Assembly (NCBI GenBank): GCA_900544285.1
Contig: UQUT01000001.1
Location: 59,004 to 123,003 of the forward strand
DNA length: 64,000 bases
Direction of reading: 5' to 3'
From: an uncultured Eubacterium sp.
GTDB taxonomy: Bacteria; Bacillota; Clostridia; Oscillospirales; CAG-272
Shown here: positions 9,734-18,149 of the stretch, piece by piece
How positions within the stretch are numbered: the stretch's first letter is position 1
How the letters are laid out: each line of letters begins with the position of its first letter
The notes under the pieces: generated by a model
Databases searched by the model: none
What the model was told of the DNA's origin: nothing
What the model saw: only the letters and a program-made list of their open reading frames with translations
Position numbers and translations under genes: made by a program

Positions 9734-9943
9734 TTACTCATCGTCTGTTTGGATTTTTTCTTCAGGTGGGAAGAACCGTTTTGTTAGATACAAAGAATCA
9801 ACCTTGCCTTGAAGCGTTAAATAGCCTGATTTTTCAAGTTCTTTGTTCAAGCGGTCGATTATCTTGTAGGCATACGAGGCTGAAATACCAAGAATTTCAG
9901 CTACCTGTTCAGCGTTAATCAATTTTCTTGTATTGGATTCCAT
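9734..9943 (-). CDS. xis: excisionase (Xis-Tn916-like HTH)
   Basis: 69 aa from the internal ATG at 9943 (MESNTRKLINAEQVAEILGISASYAYKIIDRL). It lies immediately upstream of int, as in Tn916. Confidence 0.7.
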   Translation of the reverse strand: MESNTRKLINAEQVAEILGISASYAYKIIDRLNKELEKSGYLTLQGKVDSLYLTKRFFPPEEKIQTDDE

Positions 9944-10078
9944 ACTGTACCTCCATAAGCATTTCATTCTCAATCGCCTCCTTTTGTGTGGATTTGATTG
10001 TATTGTATTTGAACCTTCTGCAAACGGCAATTATGCGATTTGGGCAATCGCATAATTGCTATCTGCGCCACCTTCGAC

Positions 10079-10633
10079 TTATTTCGTGGGCGGCTTTTCA
10101 GATCTATCCCGAACAACATATTCAAAGCCCGAGTTATCGCATTTGTCGCATTTCTGCTTGATTTTCGCAAAGGGATCATACCGCTTCACAATATAGTCGG
10201 GATTTGATTTGTAGTCTTGCAGGCACCTGCCGCATAAGCACCGGATTTCGCCTTTGTGCTGCGGCTTGTAAACCCACACGCCGAGAGCTTTTTTCAGGCC
10301 ATTGTTAATCCTGCGGAAAACATTATCATCATCAACGATTCCGATATAGCTTACGAGATCTGCCTGATTGATTGTTTTGAGCTGCTCGAGCATAACCATT
10401 GAAGGCTCTCTCAGTCCGAAGCGGTCGCCCAAGATAATATGCGAGGGCAGATACCGCTTCTTTATTGCTGAGGTTAGAGCCGCAATCACGGTTGTCGTAC
10501 TTGCCTGATTTCCTTCATCGCACTGCACGACAAGGACGGGGCGGAGTCCGTTTTGCATAGAGCCTTCATTTTTACCAAAGTCATAAAGGTAAATTTCTCC
10601 ACGCTTTACTTTCTGATTTTCGTTGGTCGCCAT
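10079..10633 (-). CDS. MazF/NdoA (EndoA)-like endoribonuclease toxin domain fused to a C-terminal Cys4 zinc ribbon
   Basis: Residues 10-120 (KRGEIYLYDFGKNEGSMQNGLRPVLVVQCDEGNQASTTTVIAALTSAIKKRYLPSHI...MLEQLKTI) align closely with B. subtilis NdoA. The ~65-aa tail contains CLCGRC...CDKCD. No antitoxin ORF fits in the 67-nt upstream gap. Confidence 0.7.
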   Translation of the reverse strand: MATNENQKVKRGEIYLYDFGKNEGSMQNGLRPVLVVQCDEGNQASTTTVIAALTSAIKKRYLPSHIILGDRFGLREPSMVMLEQLKTINQADLVSYIGIVDDDNVFRRINNGLKKALGVWVYKPQHKGEIRCLCGRCLQDYKSNPDYIVKRYDPFAKIKQKCDKCDNSGFEYVVRDRSEKPPTK

Positions 10634-10700
10634 AATGTATACCTCTCATTTTTAGTATTTGAAAGGTGTTTCGCTGCCGGCTATGAAACAAGTCCCTTCA

Positions 10701-11291
10701 CTAATTCCCAGTGGCACCCCCGTTTTGGTCGGGTGTTTCATAAAACTTTTTGAAATTTTTTATCGCAGATACCAACGATTCGTGGATAGAGGTCTTAGAT
10801 TTACCTTCTTTTTCGGCTATATCCCGTTCAGGTATTTTGTAGATACAGGAAAGGATCAGCCGCCTTCTTTGAGGTTCAGTCAGCATACTCAACGCCTTAT
10901 ATAGCCTTTGATTTCTAAGTTGCAGGTTTTCGATTTCAAACTTTTGCGTAATATAATCGGGAGTAGTTAATTCAGCGTGAAAAGCCTCGCTAACTCCCTC
11001 ATCGTAACCATATGAATCCTCGCAGTTGTTCTGACGGTAGGCATATTTCTTTTCGTTTCTGATATAGTCCCTTCGGATTTCTCTGACTTCGGAATCAAGA
11101 ACGATAAAGGGAGTGTGTGCCGCAATCTGTTCCGGGTATCTTTCAAGAATTTCTCTCTCGGTCAGATGTGAAATAACCGCCCACTTAGGCTCGCCTATGA
11201 ACCCGGGATACTCATACCTCAAATTGATAACTTTGCAGTCATCGGCAAATTGTTCTTCAATGCTTCTTTCGTTTTCAATATTTGTAGACAT
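10701..11291 (-). CDS. sigma-70 region 4-like HTH protein (Tn916 Orf7-like regulator)
   Basis: C-terminal LTEPQRRRLILSCIYKIPERDIAEKEGKSKTSIHESLVSAIKNFKKF is a sigma r4 HTH. I chose the internal start MSTNIENER (ATG at 11291). It sits in the position of orf7 relative to xis and int. Confidence 0.5.
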   Translation of the reverse strand: MSTNIENERSIEEQFADDCKVINLRYEYPGFIGEPKWAVISHLTEREILERYPEQIAAHTPFIVLDSEVREIRRDYIRNEKKYAYRQNNCEDSYGYDEGVSEAFHAELTTPDYITQKFEIENLQLRNQRLYKALSMLTEPQRRRLILSCIYKIPERDIAEKEGKSKTSIHESLVSAIKNFKKFYETPDQNGGATGN

Positions 11292-11605
11292 TTCCGTAAT
11301 CTCCTTGAATTTGAATTTTGTTGGTGAGAACAAAATTCGGAGATCACGGATACCTACATATAAATGCCTGCCACGCTGATATAGACATAGAAACCCCTTC
11401 CGCTTAGCAAAGCGAAAAGGGCTTCTACACAAAAAACAGCCATAGCTTCCAAGATGAACACCTGAAAGCTATGACTGCTTCTTCTTATTCATATTCAATT
11501 CGTTCTGCCTAAGCTACTTGTGTTACTGCCATTAAGGTATAGTAGCTGAAACTGAAATTTCAAGAAAACATTTCATATTTCTCGGCATACCGATTATATC
11601 AGGTC

Positions 11606-11631
11606 GGTTTTACCGTGTCATCGGCAAAACC
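11606..11631. repeat. inverted-repeat hairpin (10-bp stem, 6-nt loop) in a long intergenic region
   Basis: ggttttaccg tgtcat cggcaaaacc, with one G:A mismatch. Confidence 0.5.
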
Positions 11632-11730
11632 CCGCCAATTTGTAGGCATTTTCTTTTCAGCTTCCACTCATACCCTCGATTCACGCCAAAGGCCGTGCTT
11701 CGGGCAGCATACACAGTGTAGCACAAGCAA

Positions 11731-11786
11731 AGTCGGACAATCAGTAGGGATTTAGTCGGACAATGGTCGGACATTAGTCGGACAAG
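11731..11786. repeat. array of 4 direct GTCGGACA repeats (iteron-like)
   Basis: Copies lie at 11732, 11755, 11766 and 11777, spaced 23, 11 and 11 nt. The last copy overlaps the stop of the 11774-12358 gene. Confidence 0.6.
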
Positions 11787-12358
11787 CTTTTGCTCACGAA
11801 GAAATCTGGAATTTCACCGCACATATCAACCTCCTCAATCTGAAATATTCCTTTGAAATAAGGAATCGCATACCCCCATAGGGAAACGCCGAGAAGCATA
11901 ACCGCCTCTTTTTTTCGGTCGTAAAAGGTACTGCGCTCCATATTCAACAATTCAAGCAGTTCGCTTTCGGTGTAGCGAAAAGCCGTGAGATAGCTCTTGG
12001 ATAGTATCTCGTGATAAAGTTTTCCGTTGTTGTGGTAATCGTAGATTTTCCCCATAGCCGTATCTATGAGGTCAATCATCCACTTATTTTCAAACAAGCT
12101 GCATACCCGGTTCTCGAACTCCTGACGCTCTATATCCGGGGCAAACTGCTCTAAATAGACGAGGGCGCTGTTCAGGTCATCCCCGTAATAGATGATTTCT
12201 TCATTTAACCCCTCAGACTTGTTCAGGGTTATCCATACAACATCCCGGTACACACCGAGAAGCATTTTCGTCCTATGCAGTATATCTTCCCGATCCAAGC
12301 GTAACTGCTCGTACATTTTTTGAATCGTCTTAACTGCGACTGTATCTTTTCTTCCCAT
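11774..12358 (-). CDS. hypothetical protein with a C-terminal HTH-like segment (possible ArpU/sigma-r4-like regulator)
   Basis: 194 aa. LNMERSTFYDRKKEAVMLLG looks like a helix-turn-helix. Confidence 0.4.
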   Translation of the reverse strand: MGRKDTVAVKTIQKMYEQLRLDREDILHRTKMLLGVYRDVVWITLNKSEGLNEEIIYYGDDLNSALVYLEQFAPDIERQEFENRVCSLFENKWMIDLIDTAMGKIYDYHNNGKLYHEILSKSYLTAFRYTESELLELLNMERSTFYDRKKEAVMLLGVSLWGYAIPYFKGIFQIEEVDMCGEIPDFFVSKSLSD

Positions 12359-12439
12359 TAGCTCTCCTTATCCGTAAAAAACCGGGCATACTAAAAAGAT
12401 GTTTGGTTTATCGTATCGTGTGTGAAAAAAGTTTCCTGA

Positions 12440-12590
12440 CATTTTTTTGAACTCTCTTGACAAAACACGCAACTTGCGGTATTATATTTACGCAACTTAC
12501 TTGCGTATTGACATTATACGAAATTAACTTGCGCTTGTCAATAGGGACACGCAATATAATTTCAGAAATGTGCGAACTATTTGGAGGGCG
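12440..12590 (+). promoter_or_regulatory. stacked sigma-A-type promoters with palindromic operator sites upstream of the XRE (ImmR-like) gene
   Basis: TTGACA 12458-12463 is followed 16 nt later by TATTAT 12480-12485, with further TTGACA and TTGTCA boxes. Palindrome CGCAAnnTTGCG occurs at 12468-12478, a spaced variant at 12491-12505, and half-sites at 12527-12554. Confidence 0.5.
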
Positions 12591-12595
12591 TAAAA

Positions 12596-13003
12596 ATGAA
12601 ATTCTGCGAAAAAATAAGGGAAGCCCGCAAAAATGCAGGCTTGAAGCAAGACGAGTTTGCAAAAGCAATCGGTGTTTCTCTTAGAACAGTATCCAACTAC
12701 GAATCCGGCGAAAGGTATCCCAAAAAACGGGAAACCTATTATAAGATAGCCGAAGTCCTGAAGGTCGATGTCAACTATCTGCTCACCGATGACGAGGAAT
12801 TTCTGCTCGAGGCAGAAGCGAAGTACGGCACCAAAGGCGCAAGGCAGGCAAAAGCGCTCGTGGCAGAAGTAAGCGGTCTGTTTGCAGGCGGCGAACTTGC
12901 GGACGAAGATCTGGACGAAATGATGAAGGGCATTCAGGAAGCTTACTGGATCGCCAAAGAGAAAAACAAGAAGTACACCCCCAAAAAATACCGCAAAGAG
13001 TAA
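12596..13003 (+). CDS. XRE-family HTH repressor (ImmR-like)
   Basis: MKFCEKIREARKNAGLKQDEFAKAIGVSLRTVSNYESG is a Cro/CI HTH. GGAGGG precedes the ATG at 12596. Confidence 0.8.
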   Translation: MKFCEKIREARKNAGLKQDEFAKAIGVSLRTVSNYESGERYPKKRETYYKIAEVLKVDVNYLLTDDEEFLLEAEAKYGTKGARQAKALVAEVSGLFAGGELADEDLDEMMKGIQEAYWIAKEKNKKYTPKKYRKE

Positions 13004-13086
13004 CGGTTCTATTGAGAGTCCGTTTTTTGGGACATTAGTTATGGGATAATAGAGTTGCGGGCAGTTTAGATTGGAGGTGTTCGCTC

Positions 13087-13602
13087 TTGGATATTCAAAC
13101 ATTAGAAATTGTAAAAAAGGCCAATCGGCTTGTAAATGAGCTTGGTACACGCAATCCGCACAGAATGGCACGGGAACTTGGAATAGCGGTTATCCCGTTG
13201 GATTTTAAGCGGCAGCGTGGTGCATATAAAGTTTTAATGCGAAATCGTTTTATCTTCATCAAAAGCGATCTGCACCCGGTAATGGAAAATATCGTAATGT
13301 TTCACGAGATCGGACACGACACATTACATAGAGAGGAAGCAATCCGGGCAGGCGGCTTTAAGGAGTTCAATATCTTCGATATGCGGGAAAGCCGTATGGA
13401 ATATGAAGCGAACATCTTTGCCTCACAAATCTCCCTGCCGGACGATGAAATCCTTGAATATATTGAGCAGGGATATGATACTCAGCAAATCGCACGGGCT
13501 ATGTGTTCGGATATTAACTTGGTTGCCTTGAAAACAGACACGCTTATCGCACAGGGCTATTGTCTGCGCCATCAGGAATATCGCAATCGGTTTTTGAAAT
13601 AG
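13087..13602 (+). CDS. ImmA/IrrE-family zinc metallopeptidase (anti-repressor protease)
   Basis: The HEIGH motif FHEIGHDTLH is present. TTG start sits 7 nt after GGAGGTG. It lies directly downstream of the XRE repressor, as in ICEBs1 immR-immA. Confidence 0.8.
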   Translation: MDIQTLEIVKKANRLVNELGTRNPHRMARELGIAVIPLDFKRQRGAYKVLMRNRFIFIKSDLHPVMENIVMFHEIGHDTLHREEAIRAGGFKEFNIFDMRESRMEYEANIFASQISLPDDEILEYIEQGYDTQQIARAMCSDINLVALKTDTLIAQGYCLRHQEYRNRFLK

Positions 13603-13611
13603 ATTAACGGA

Positions 13612-15033
13612 ATGGAGAAACCCATTATGAGATATACACTTGAAGAACTATGTACCAAAAAGGAAAATCAGGTCTTTGACCGCAAAAGTGCAAGAAAAGA
13701 CGCCAAAGGATTATCCAATCATATTGTAGCCTTCGCCAATGCGGACGGAGGTACACTTGTTATTGGCGTAGAGGACAACGGCGAAATAACAGGAATTGAC
13801 GCATACACCAACAATATCAATGATATTCTGCGGGTTCCCTTTGACTACTGCAATCCTTCGGTAAGGGTAACTACCGAAACAGTTGAGTGCAAAGACAAGG
13901 ACGGAAATCTGAACCATCTTCTGATTATGACGATTCCCCAAAGTTCTGAGCTTCACGCCAATCAGCAGGACGAGGTTTATTACCGTATGGGTGATAAGTC
14001 AAAGAAACTAAACTTTGATGAGCGCTTGCAGCTTATGTATGCCAAAGGTTCCCGTTACTATGAAGATGAGCCTGTGTTCCGGTCTACGTTAGATGACATT
14101 GATATGGATTTCGTCGCCGAATACTGTAAGAAAATCGGCTACACGAAATCCCCGGAAGAATACATCAGGCAGAACAAAGACTATATTGTAAAGCACGACG
14201 GTCGAGAGGAAATGAGTGGGGCTGCGCTTCTTCTTTTCGGGGCAGATCCACAGCGTTTCTTCCCGAGAGCAAGGGTGCGCTTTATCCGCTATGACGGAAC
14301 AGAAGCCAAGGTCGGCACACAGATGAACGTCATCAAAGATGAGGTTTTCTCCGGTCGTATTCTGGATATGGTTCAGCAGGCGCTTGATTTCGTCCGCAGT
14401 CAAATCAAGGAACGCACTCGGCTCGGCGGCGATGGGCGGTTTGTTACTACGCCCGAATACCCTGAATTTGCTTGGAAAGAAAGCATTGTGAATGCTGTTG
14501 CCCATCGTGATTACAGTATCAAAGGAACCGACATTCAGATTAAAATGTTTGATGACCGGATCACCGTTGAAAGCCCCGGTATTTTACCCGGTATCGTCCG
14601 GCTGAGTAATCTGCGAACCGTACATTTCTCCCGCAATCCAAAAATCGCTGAATTTTTACACCAATATGACTACGTGAAAGAGTTTGGCGAAGGCGTTGAC
14701 CGAATGTTCAAAGAAATGGAAAATGCGGGGCTTCCCGCACCTGAATACAGCGATAATGTCTTTATGCTTAATGTGACGATACGAAATGGGGCAATAAATG
14801 AGAAAAGCGGGGTAATAAATGGGGCAATAAATGGAGCGATAAATCTATCGTCTACCGAAAGGGCAGTTCTCGAAGCAATAATCGACACTCCGAACATTAC
14901 AAAGGAAAAATTGCAAATAGTAACTTCGCTCGGAAAAGGTACAATCGACCGAGCCATCAAAACATTGAAAGAAAAAGAAATTATCAAGCGGGTTGGTTCT
15001 AACAAGAATGGATATTGGGAAATGCTGAAATGA
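13612..15033 (+). CDS. Schlafen-like AlbA_2 (divergent AAA) + HATPase_c_4 + winged-HTH protein (COG2865-like ATP-binding regulator)
   Basis: The N-terminal FANADGGTLVIGVEDNG matches AlbA_2, the middle region NAVAHRDYS...TVESPG matches HATPase_c, and the C-terminal LSSTERAVLEAI...KEKLQIVTSLGKGTIDRAIKTLKEKEIIKR is a winged HTH. The in-frame repeat GAINEKSGVINGAINGAIN lies at 14786-14842. Confidence 0.7.
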   Translation: MEKPIMRYTLEELCTKKENQVFDRKSARKDAKGLSNHIVAFANADGGTLVIGVEDNGEITGIDAYTNNINDILRVPFDYCNPSVRVTTETVECKDKDGNLNHLLIMTIPQSSELHANQQDEVYYRMGDKSKKLNFDERLQLMYAKGSRYYEDEPVFRSTLDDIDMDFVAEYCKKIGYTKSPEEYIRQNKDYIVKHDGREEMSGAALLLFGADPQRFFPRARVRFIRYDGTEAKVGTQMNVIKDEVFSGRILDMVQQALDFVRSQIKERTRLGGDGRFVTTPEYPEFAWKESIVNAVAHRDYSIKGTDIQIKMFDDRITVESPGILPGIVRLSNLRTVHFSRNPKIAEFLHQYDYVKEFGEGVDRMFKEMENAGLPAPEYSDNVFMLNVTIRNGAINEKSGVINGAINGAINLSSTERAVLEAIIDTPNITKEKLQIVTSLGKGTIDRAIKTLKEKEIIKRVGSNKNGYWEMLK

Positions 15034-15103
15034 AGGTATAGAACATAGACTCGCATAGATCGAACCCCATCCGATTGAACACAGGTGAGCAGGTGTGAAT
15101 TTG

Positions 15104-15140
15104 AAAAGCGGAGGCACATTTGAAAGTGCCTCCGCTTTTC
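15104..15140 (+). terminator. intrinsic terminator after the Schlafen-like gene
   Basis: gcggaggcac atttgaaa gtgcctccgc followed by tttt. Confidence 0.6.
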
Positions 15141-15244
15141 ATTTATCACCCTATAAAACGAAGTATAAATCTCTCGTCCGTTGCGAGAACAGTAGCTGTA
15201 ACACTAAAATCTAAAACCGAAGCGAACCCACAGGGCAGCGGTGC

Positions 15245-15793
15245 TTATTTTGCGAGCTTCACGCCTGCCTCAAAAGCTTGATCCAAGAGTTCTGCCGGAA
15301 TTTGGTCAGCCGTTTCGATACCGCAGCCCAAAATGCTGTCTACCAGTTCACAGCCTGCGTCAAGGAATGTCTGATTGGTGGCGGTTCTGACACCTTCATA
15401 ATAAGAAGCATCTGCCGCAAGGTGAGAGAAAACCGTAACAAGTTTTATTCCCGGATGGCGGGGTGCAAAGTTCTCATCTATCAACGGATAAGATCTGTCA
15501 ATCAGTTTTTTTGATTGAGAGCTGATGGAATTAAAGTAAATTGGGAAAGTCGCAACGATTCCGGTTACATCGTTAATCTGTTCAAAAAAAGAAGCCAGAC
15601 CGTCTTTTGTGGCGCAGCCATCGTTGGAACGGCAGTAATTACAGCCCTGACAGCCTTTGATAGCTTCGCTGTTCAGGTCGTAGGTAACGACTTCAGCGCC
15701 AACAGATTTGGCACCTTCAACGACTTTTGCGGCAAGTGCTGCGGAAATCCCGTTTTTTCGAGGACTTCCTGAAAATAATAAAATTTTGCTCAT
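15245..15793 (-). CDS. flavodoxin-like NAD(P)H-dependent FMN reductase / iron-sulfur flavoprotein
   Basis: MSKILLFSGSPRKNG is the flavodoxin-like start, with an internal ATG at 15793. Cys cluster CQGCNYC is present. Confidence 0.6.
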   Translation of the reverse strand: MSKILLFSGSPRKNGISAALAAKVVEGAKSVGAEVVTYDLNSEAIKGCQGCNYCRSNDGCATKDGLASFFEQINDVTGIVATFPIYFNSISSQSKKLIDRSYPLIDENFAPRHPGIKLVTVFSHLAADASYYEGVRTATNQTFLDAGCELVDSILGCGIETADQIPAELLDQAFEAGVKLAK

Positions 15794-15924
15794 AAATAGT
15801 ACCTCATTTCGTTTTTCGTTTCTTGACACAAGTCAGTATATAAATTATACTATATACGAATAATAAATCAAGTACGCAGAAATTTCGTACATAGTACAGA
15901 ATATAATACCGAGGTAACTGAAAT

Positions 15925-16284
15925 ATGGTGAAAATGAGCTTTGAAGAATATCAGCAAATGGTTATAGAGCAGCCTTTTTGCACGGAAAACTGTCCGGTGC
16001 AAATGCTGTTTGATACCTTTTCAAACAAGTGGGTTTTGCGGGTACTTTTTGAGCTAACAAAGGCAGAAAGTATGCGCTTTGGAGAATTGAAAAGCTCTGT
16101 CAATGGGGTTACAAACACAATGCTTTCTTCCACATTAAAGACTTTGGAGGAAACAGGCTTTGTAAACAGAACACAGTTTAATGAAATACCGCCCCACGTT
16201 GAATATTCTCTATCGGATAAAGGGAAAGCCCTGTATCCGATCTTTCTTGAAATTATTAACTGGGCAACTGAATACGGAGTGTAG
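15925..16284 (+). CDS. HxlR-family winged-helix transcriptional regulator
   Basis: CPV...FSNKWVLRVLFEL...MRFGEL...LSSTLKTLEETGFVNR...PPHVEYSLSDKG matches HxlR. It is divergent from the flavoprotein gene. Confidence 0.8.
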   Translation: MVKMSFEEYQQMVIEQPFCTENCPVQMLFDTFSNKWVLRVLFELTKAESMRFGELKSSVNGVTNTMLSSTLKTLEETGFVNRTQFNEIPPHVEYSLSDKGKALYPIFLEIINWATEYGV

Positions 16285-16322
16285 AATAGCAAGGATTGCC
16301 GTAATACACTTGTCCGAAATAA

Positions 16323-16363
16323 AAAGAACCTCCTGTGGCTTTTTTGAGCTTCAGGAGGTTCTT
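16323..16363. repeat. about 41-bp palindromic element, copy A (REP-like; 10-bp stem with a T-rich loop)
   Basis: agaacctcctg tggcttttttgagctt caggaggttcttc. A near-identical copy lies at 18721-18762. Confidence 0.6.
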
Positions 16364-16442
16364 CGAATTTTGTATTAGCATCATTTTTCGTAATTTCACT
16401 CTACAGCTTCATATTTGCTATAAATTTCAAGGCAAGCGTCAG

Positions 16443-17579
16443 CTATTTCAGACAACCCTTTAGCACGGACACAGCCTGATCCACTTCTTCCTTTGTGTTA
16501 TAGCCGTGGATGCCAGTACGGATATATCCACACCTCATTGAACAGGCGATATTGTTCTGCCTGAGTGTTGCATAAGTCTCCTCTATTTTGGACGGACGGA
16601 AAGATACAATGGTAGACCTTGTACTATCCCGTTCCGTACAGGGGACAAGCTCCACCGGAAGTTTGCGAAGCTCCTCAATTAAGTATCCACTGACATTCCA
16701 AGCAGCTTTATGGATTTCATCAAATCCGATCTGCTTCATCAGCAAAAGCGAAGCACGCAGTCCGGCAATTCCCGGCGCATTCGGCAATGAGCCTTCAAAC
16801 CTTGAAGCATCTTCCTTCAGGTCAAACGGATAATTTGTAGAATCCACAAAAGTCTTCATGCTGTCTGCGCCTACAAACGGGGGGATCAGTTCGGGAATCA
16901 GGTCCTTCCTGACGTACAAAAATCCGGTTGCAAAAGGCCCCAGCAGCCATTTAGAAGAAAGCCCGGCCATAACATCGATTTGATACTTTTTCACATCCAT
17001 CGGCATCACGCCAAGCGATTGGGCGCAGTCAACCACCAAATACGCCTGATGTGCCCGACACCAGGCGCCGACGGCTTCCAGATCCGTCTTGAACCCATCG
17101 CCAAATTCCACACTGCTCACCGAAACCGCCCGGGTGCGCTCGTCTGCATATCGTTCCAATAGCTCCGTAGTCAATCCGCCGCCCTGGTGAGGAACAATCC
17201 GTACCTCTATCCCTTTCACCCGTTCCAATTGCATCCAGGGATAGACATTAGAGGAAAACTCCCGGTTACAGAGAATAATATTATCTCCTGCTTGAAGCGG
17301 CAAGGAACCGGCGGCAGAGTTGATGCCGTAGGTCACGCTCTCCGTAAATGCAATCTCTTCCGGAGATGCGCCCATCAACTCCGCCAGCAAGGATTTGCAG
17401 GAAGAAAAAACCTCTTCCGCAAAGCGGTAATATTTCATCGGCATGGTCTGCCGCAGTTTCATACAGGCATTCATCGCCTCCGTCACACAAGGCGCTACCG
17501 GCCCCATAGACGCATTGTCAAAAAACACGCCCCTACTGGTCGTCTGCTGAAAAGCCTCTCGAAACAATTCGATTCCCAT
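16443..17579 (-). CDS. aminotransferase class V / cysteine desulfurase-family PLP enzyme
   Basis: The fold motifs match over SVTYGIN...VVDCAQS...SSKWLLGP. I chose the internal start MGIELF (ATG at 17579), which overlaps the upstream stop in TGATG. Confidence 0.7.
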   Translation of the reverse strand: MGIELFREAFQQTTSRGVFFDNASMGPVAPCVTEAMNACMKLRQTMPMKYYRFAEEVFSSCKSLLAELMGASPEEIAFTESVTYGINSAAGSLPLQAGDNIILCNREFSSNVYPWMQLERVKGIEVRIVPHQGGGLTTELLERYADERTRAVSVSSVEFGDGFKTDLEAVGAWCRAHQAYLVVDCAQSLGVMPMDVKKYQIDVMAGLSSKWLLGPFATGFLYVRKDLIPELIPPFVGADSMKTFVDSTNYPFDLKEDASRFEGSLPNAPGIAGLRASLLLMKQIGFDEIHKAAWNVSGYLIEELRKLPVELVPCTERDSTRSTIVSFRPSKIEETYATLRQNNIACSMRCGYIRTGIHGYNTKEEVDQAVSVLKGCLK

Positions 17580-18109
17580 CACAGTCTCCCGCCTTGTTTG
17601 CTTACAGGACCTTCCGCCTTTCTCACCAAGTCCACCACACGGTATGCCACCAAACGGATACACAGCACCTGAATGGGAATGGTAATCAGGTTTTGCACAA
17701 TACGTGTCGGCAGCAAAACAAGATACCCTTTCCCCGTTAAAAGCATCAGCCAGAATGTCTGCAAGATTACACTGATAAAAACGCTCTCACAGACCACGCA
17801 AAGGATGACACGCCTGATGTCCGCCGGCTTGCGGTATAAAAACACACCGTAAATCACACCGGACAGGATTGCCGAAATCGTCATCGGCGGGAAATACCCA
17901 AATCCGCCCAGCACTGCCACCAGAATATCTCCAATGGCTCCTGCTACACCGCCCCACACCGGGCCGTAAAGCATAGCAACAATCACAAGGGGCAAGAAGG
18001 CAAAACCAATTTTTACAATCGGCAGCGAAATAGAAAGAAAGCGTCCGGCTACCACCTGAGCCGCAACCAACATACCGATAACCACAATTTTTTTAACTTT
18101 AGAATTCAT
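17579..18109 (-). CDS. ECF transporter S component, folate (FolT) family-like
   Basis: 176 aa, about 5 TM. RFLSISLPIVKIGFAFLPLVIVAMLYGPVWGGVAGAIGDIL...GYFPPMTISAILSGVIYGVFLYRK matches the FolT-family pattern. Confidence 0.65.
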   Translation of the reverse strand: MNSKVKKIVVIGMLVAAQVVAGRFLSISLPIVKIGFAFLPLVIVAMLYGPVWGGVAGAIGDILVAVLGGFGYFPPMTISAILSGVIYGVFLYRKPADIRRVILCVVCESVFISVILQTFWLMLLTGKGYLVLLPTRIVQNLITIPIQVLCIRLVAYRVVDLVRKAEGPVSKQGGRL

Positions 18110-18149
18110 TAAAATATACCTCCAGAATTAGAATAAATCGACTGCGTGT

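Larger units (their letters stand above)
8100..15150. mobile_element. integrative mobilizable element or ICE remnant, about 7 kb, with a Tn916-type recombination module (orf7-like, orf8 position, xis, int) plus an ImmR/ImmA switch and a cargo ATPase; no T4SS. The ends are approximate.
   Basis: Int, Xis and the Orf7-like gene sit in Tn916 order, next to an ImmR/ImmA pair and a MobC-like RHH protein. The block is bounded by a hypothetical gene on the left and by a flavoprotein/HxlR pair on the right. I could not find direct repeats marking attL/attR. Confidence 0.5.

Noticed and set aside
12524-13171. 215-aa minus-strand ORF
   Set aside because: It is antisense to the XRE and ImmA genes, which are supported by ribosome-binding sites.
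14786-14842. Tandem 12-nt repeats, a possible CRISPR or VNTR
   Set aside because: They are in-frame coding repeats (GAIN x4) inside a CDS, with no spacer and repeat architecture. I report them as a protein repeat instead.
15060-15100. tRNA-like fragment (GATCGAACCCC), a possible att site of the small element
   Set aside because: No T-arm closing stem, acceptor stem or anticodon arm can be built around it. It is not a tRNA or a tRNA 3' remnant I can support.
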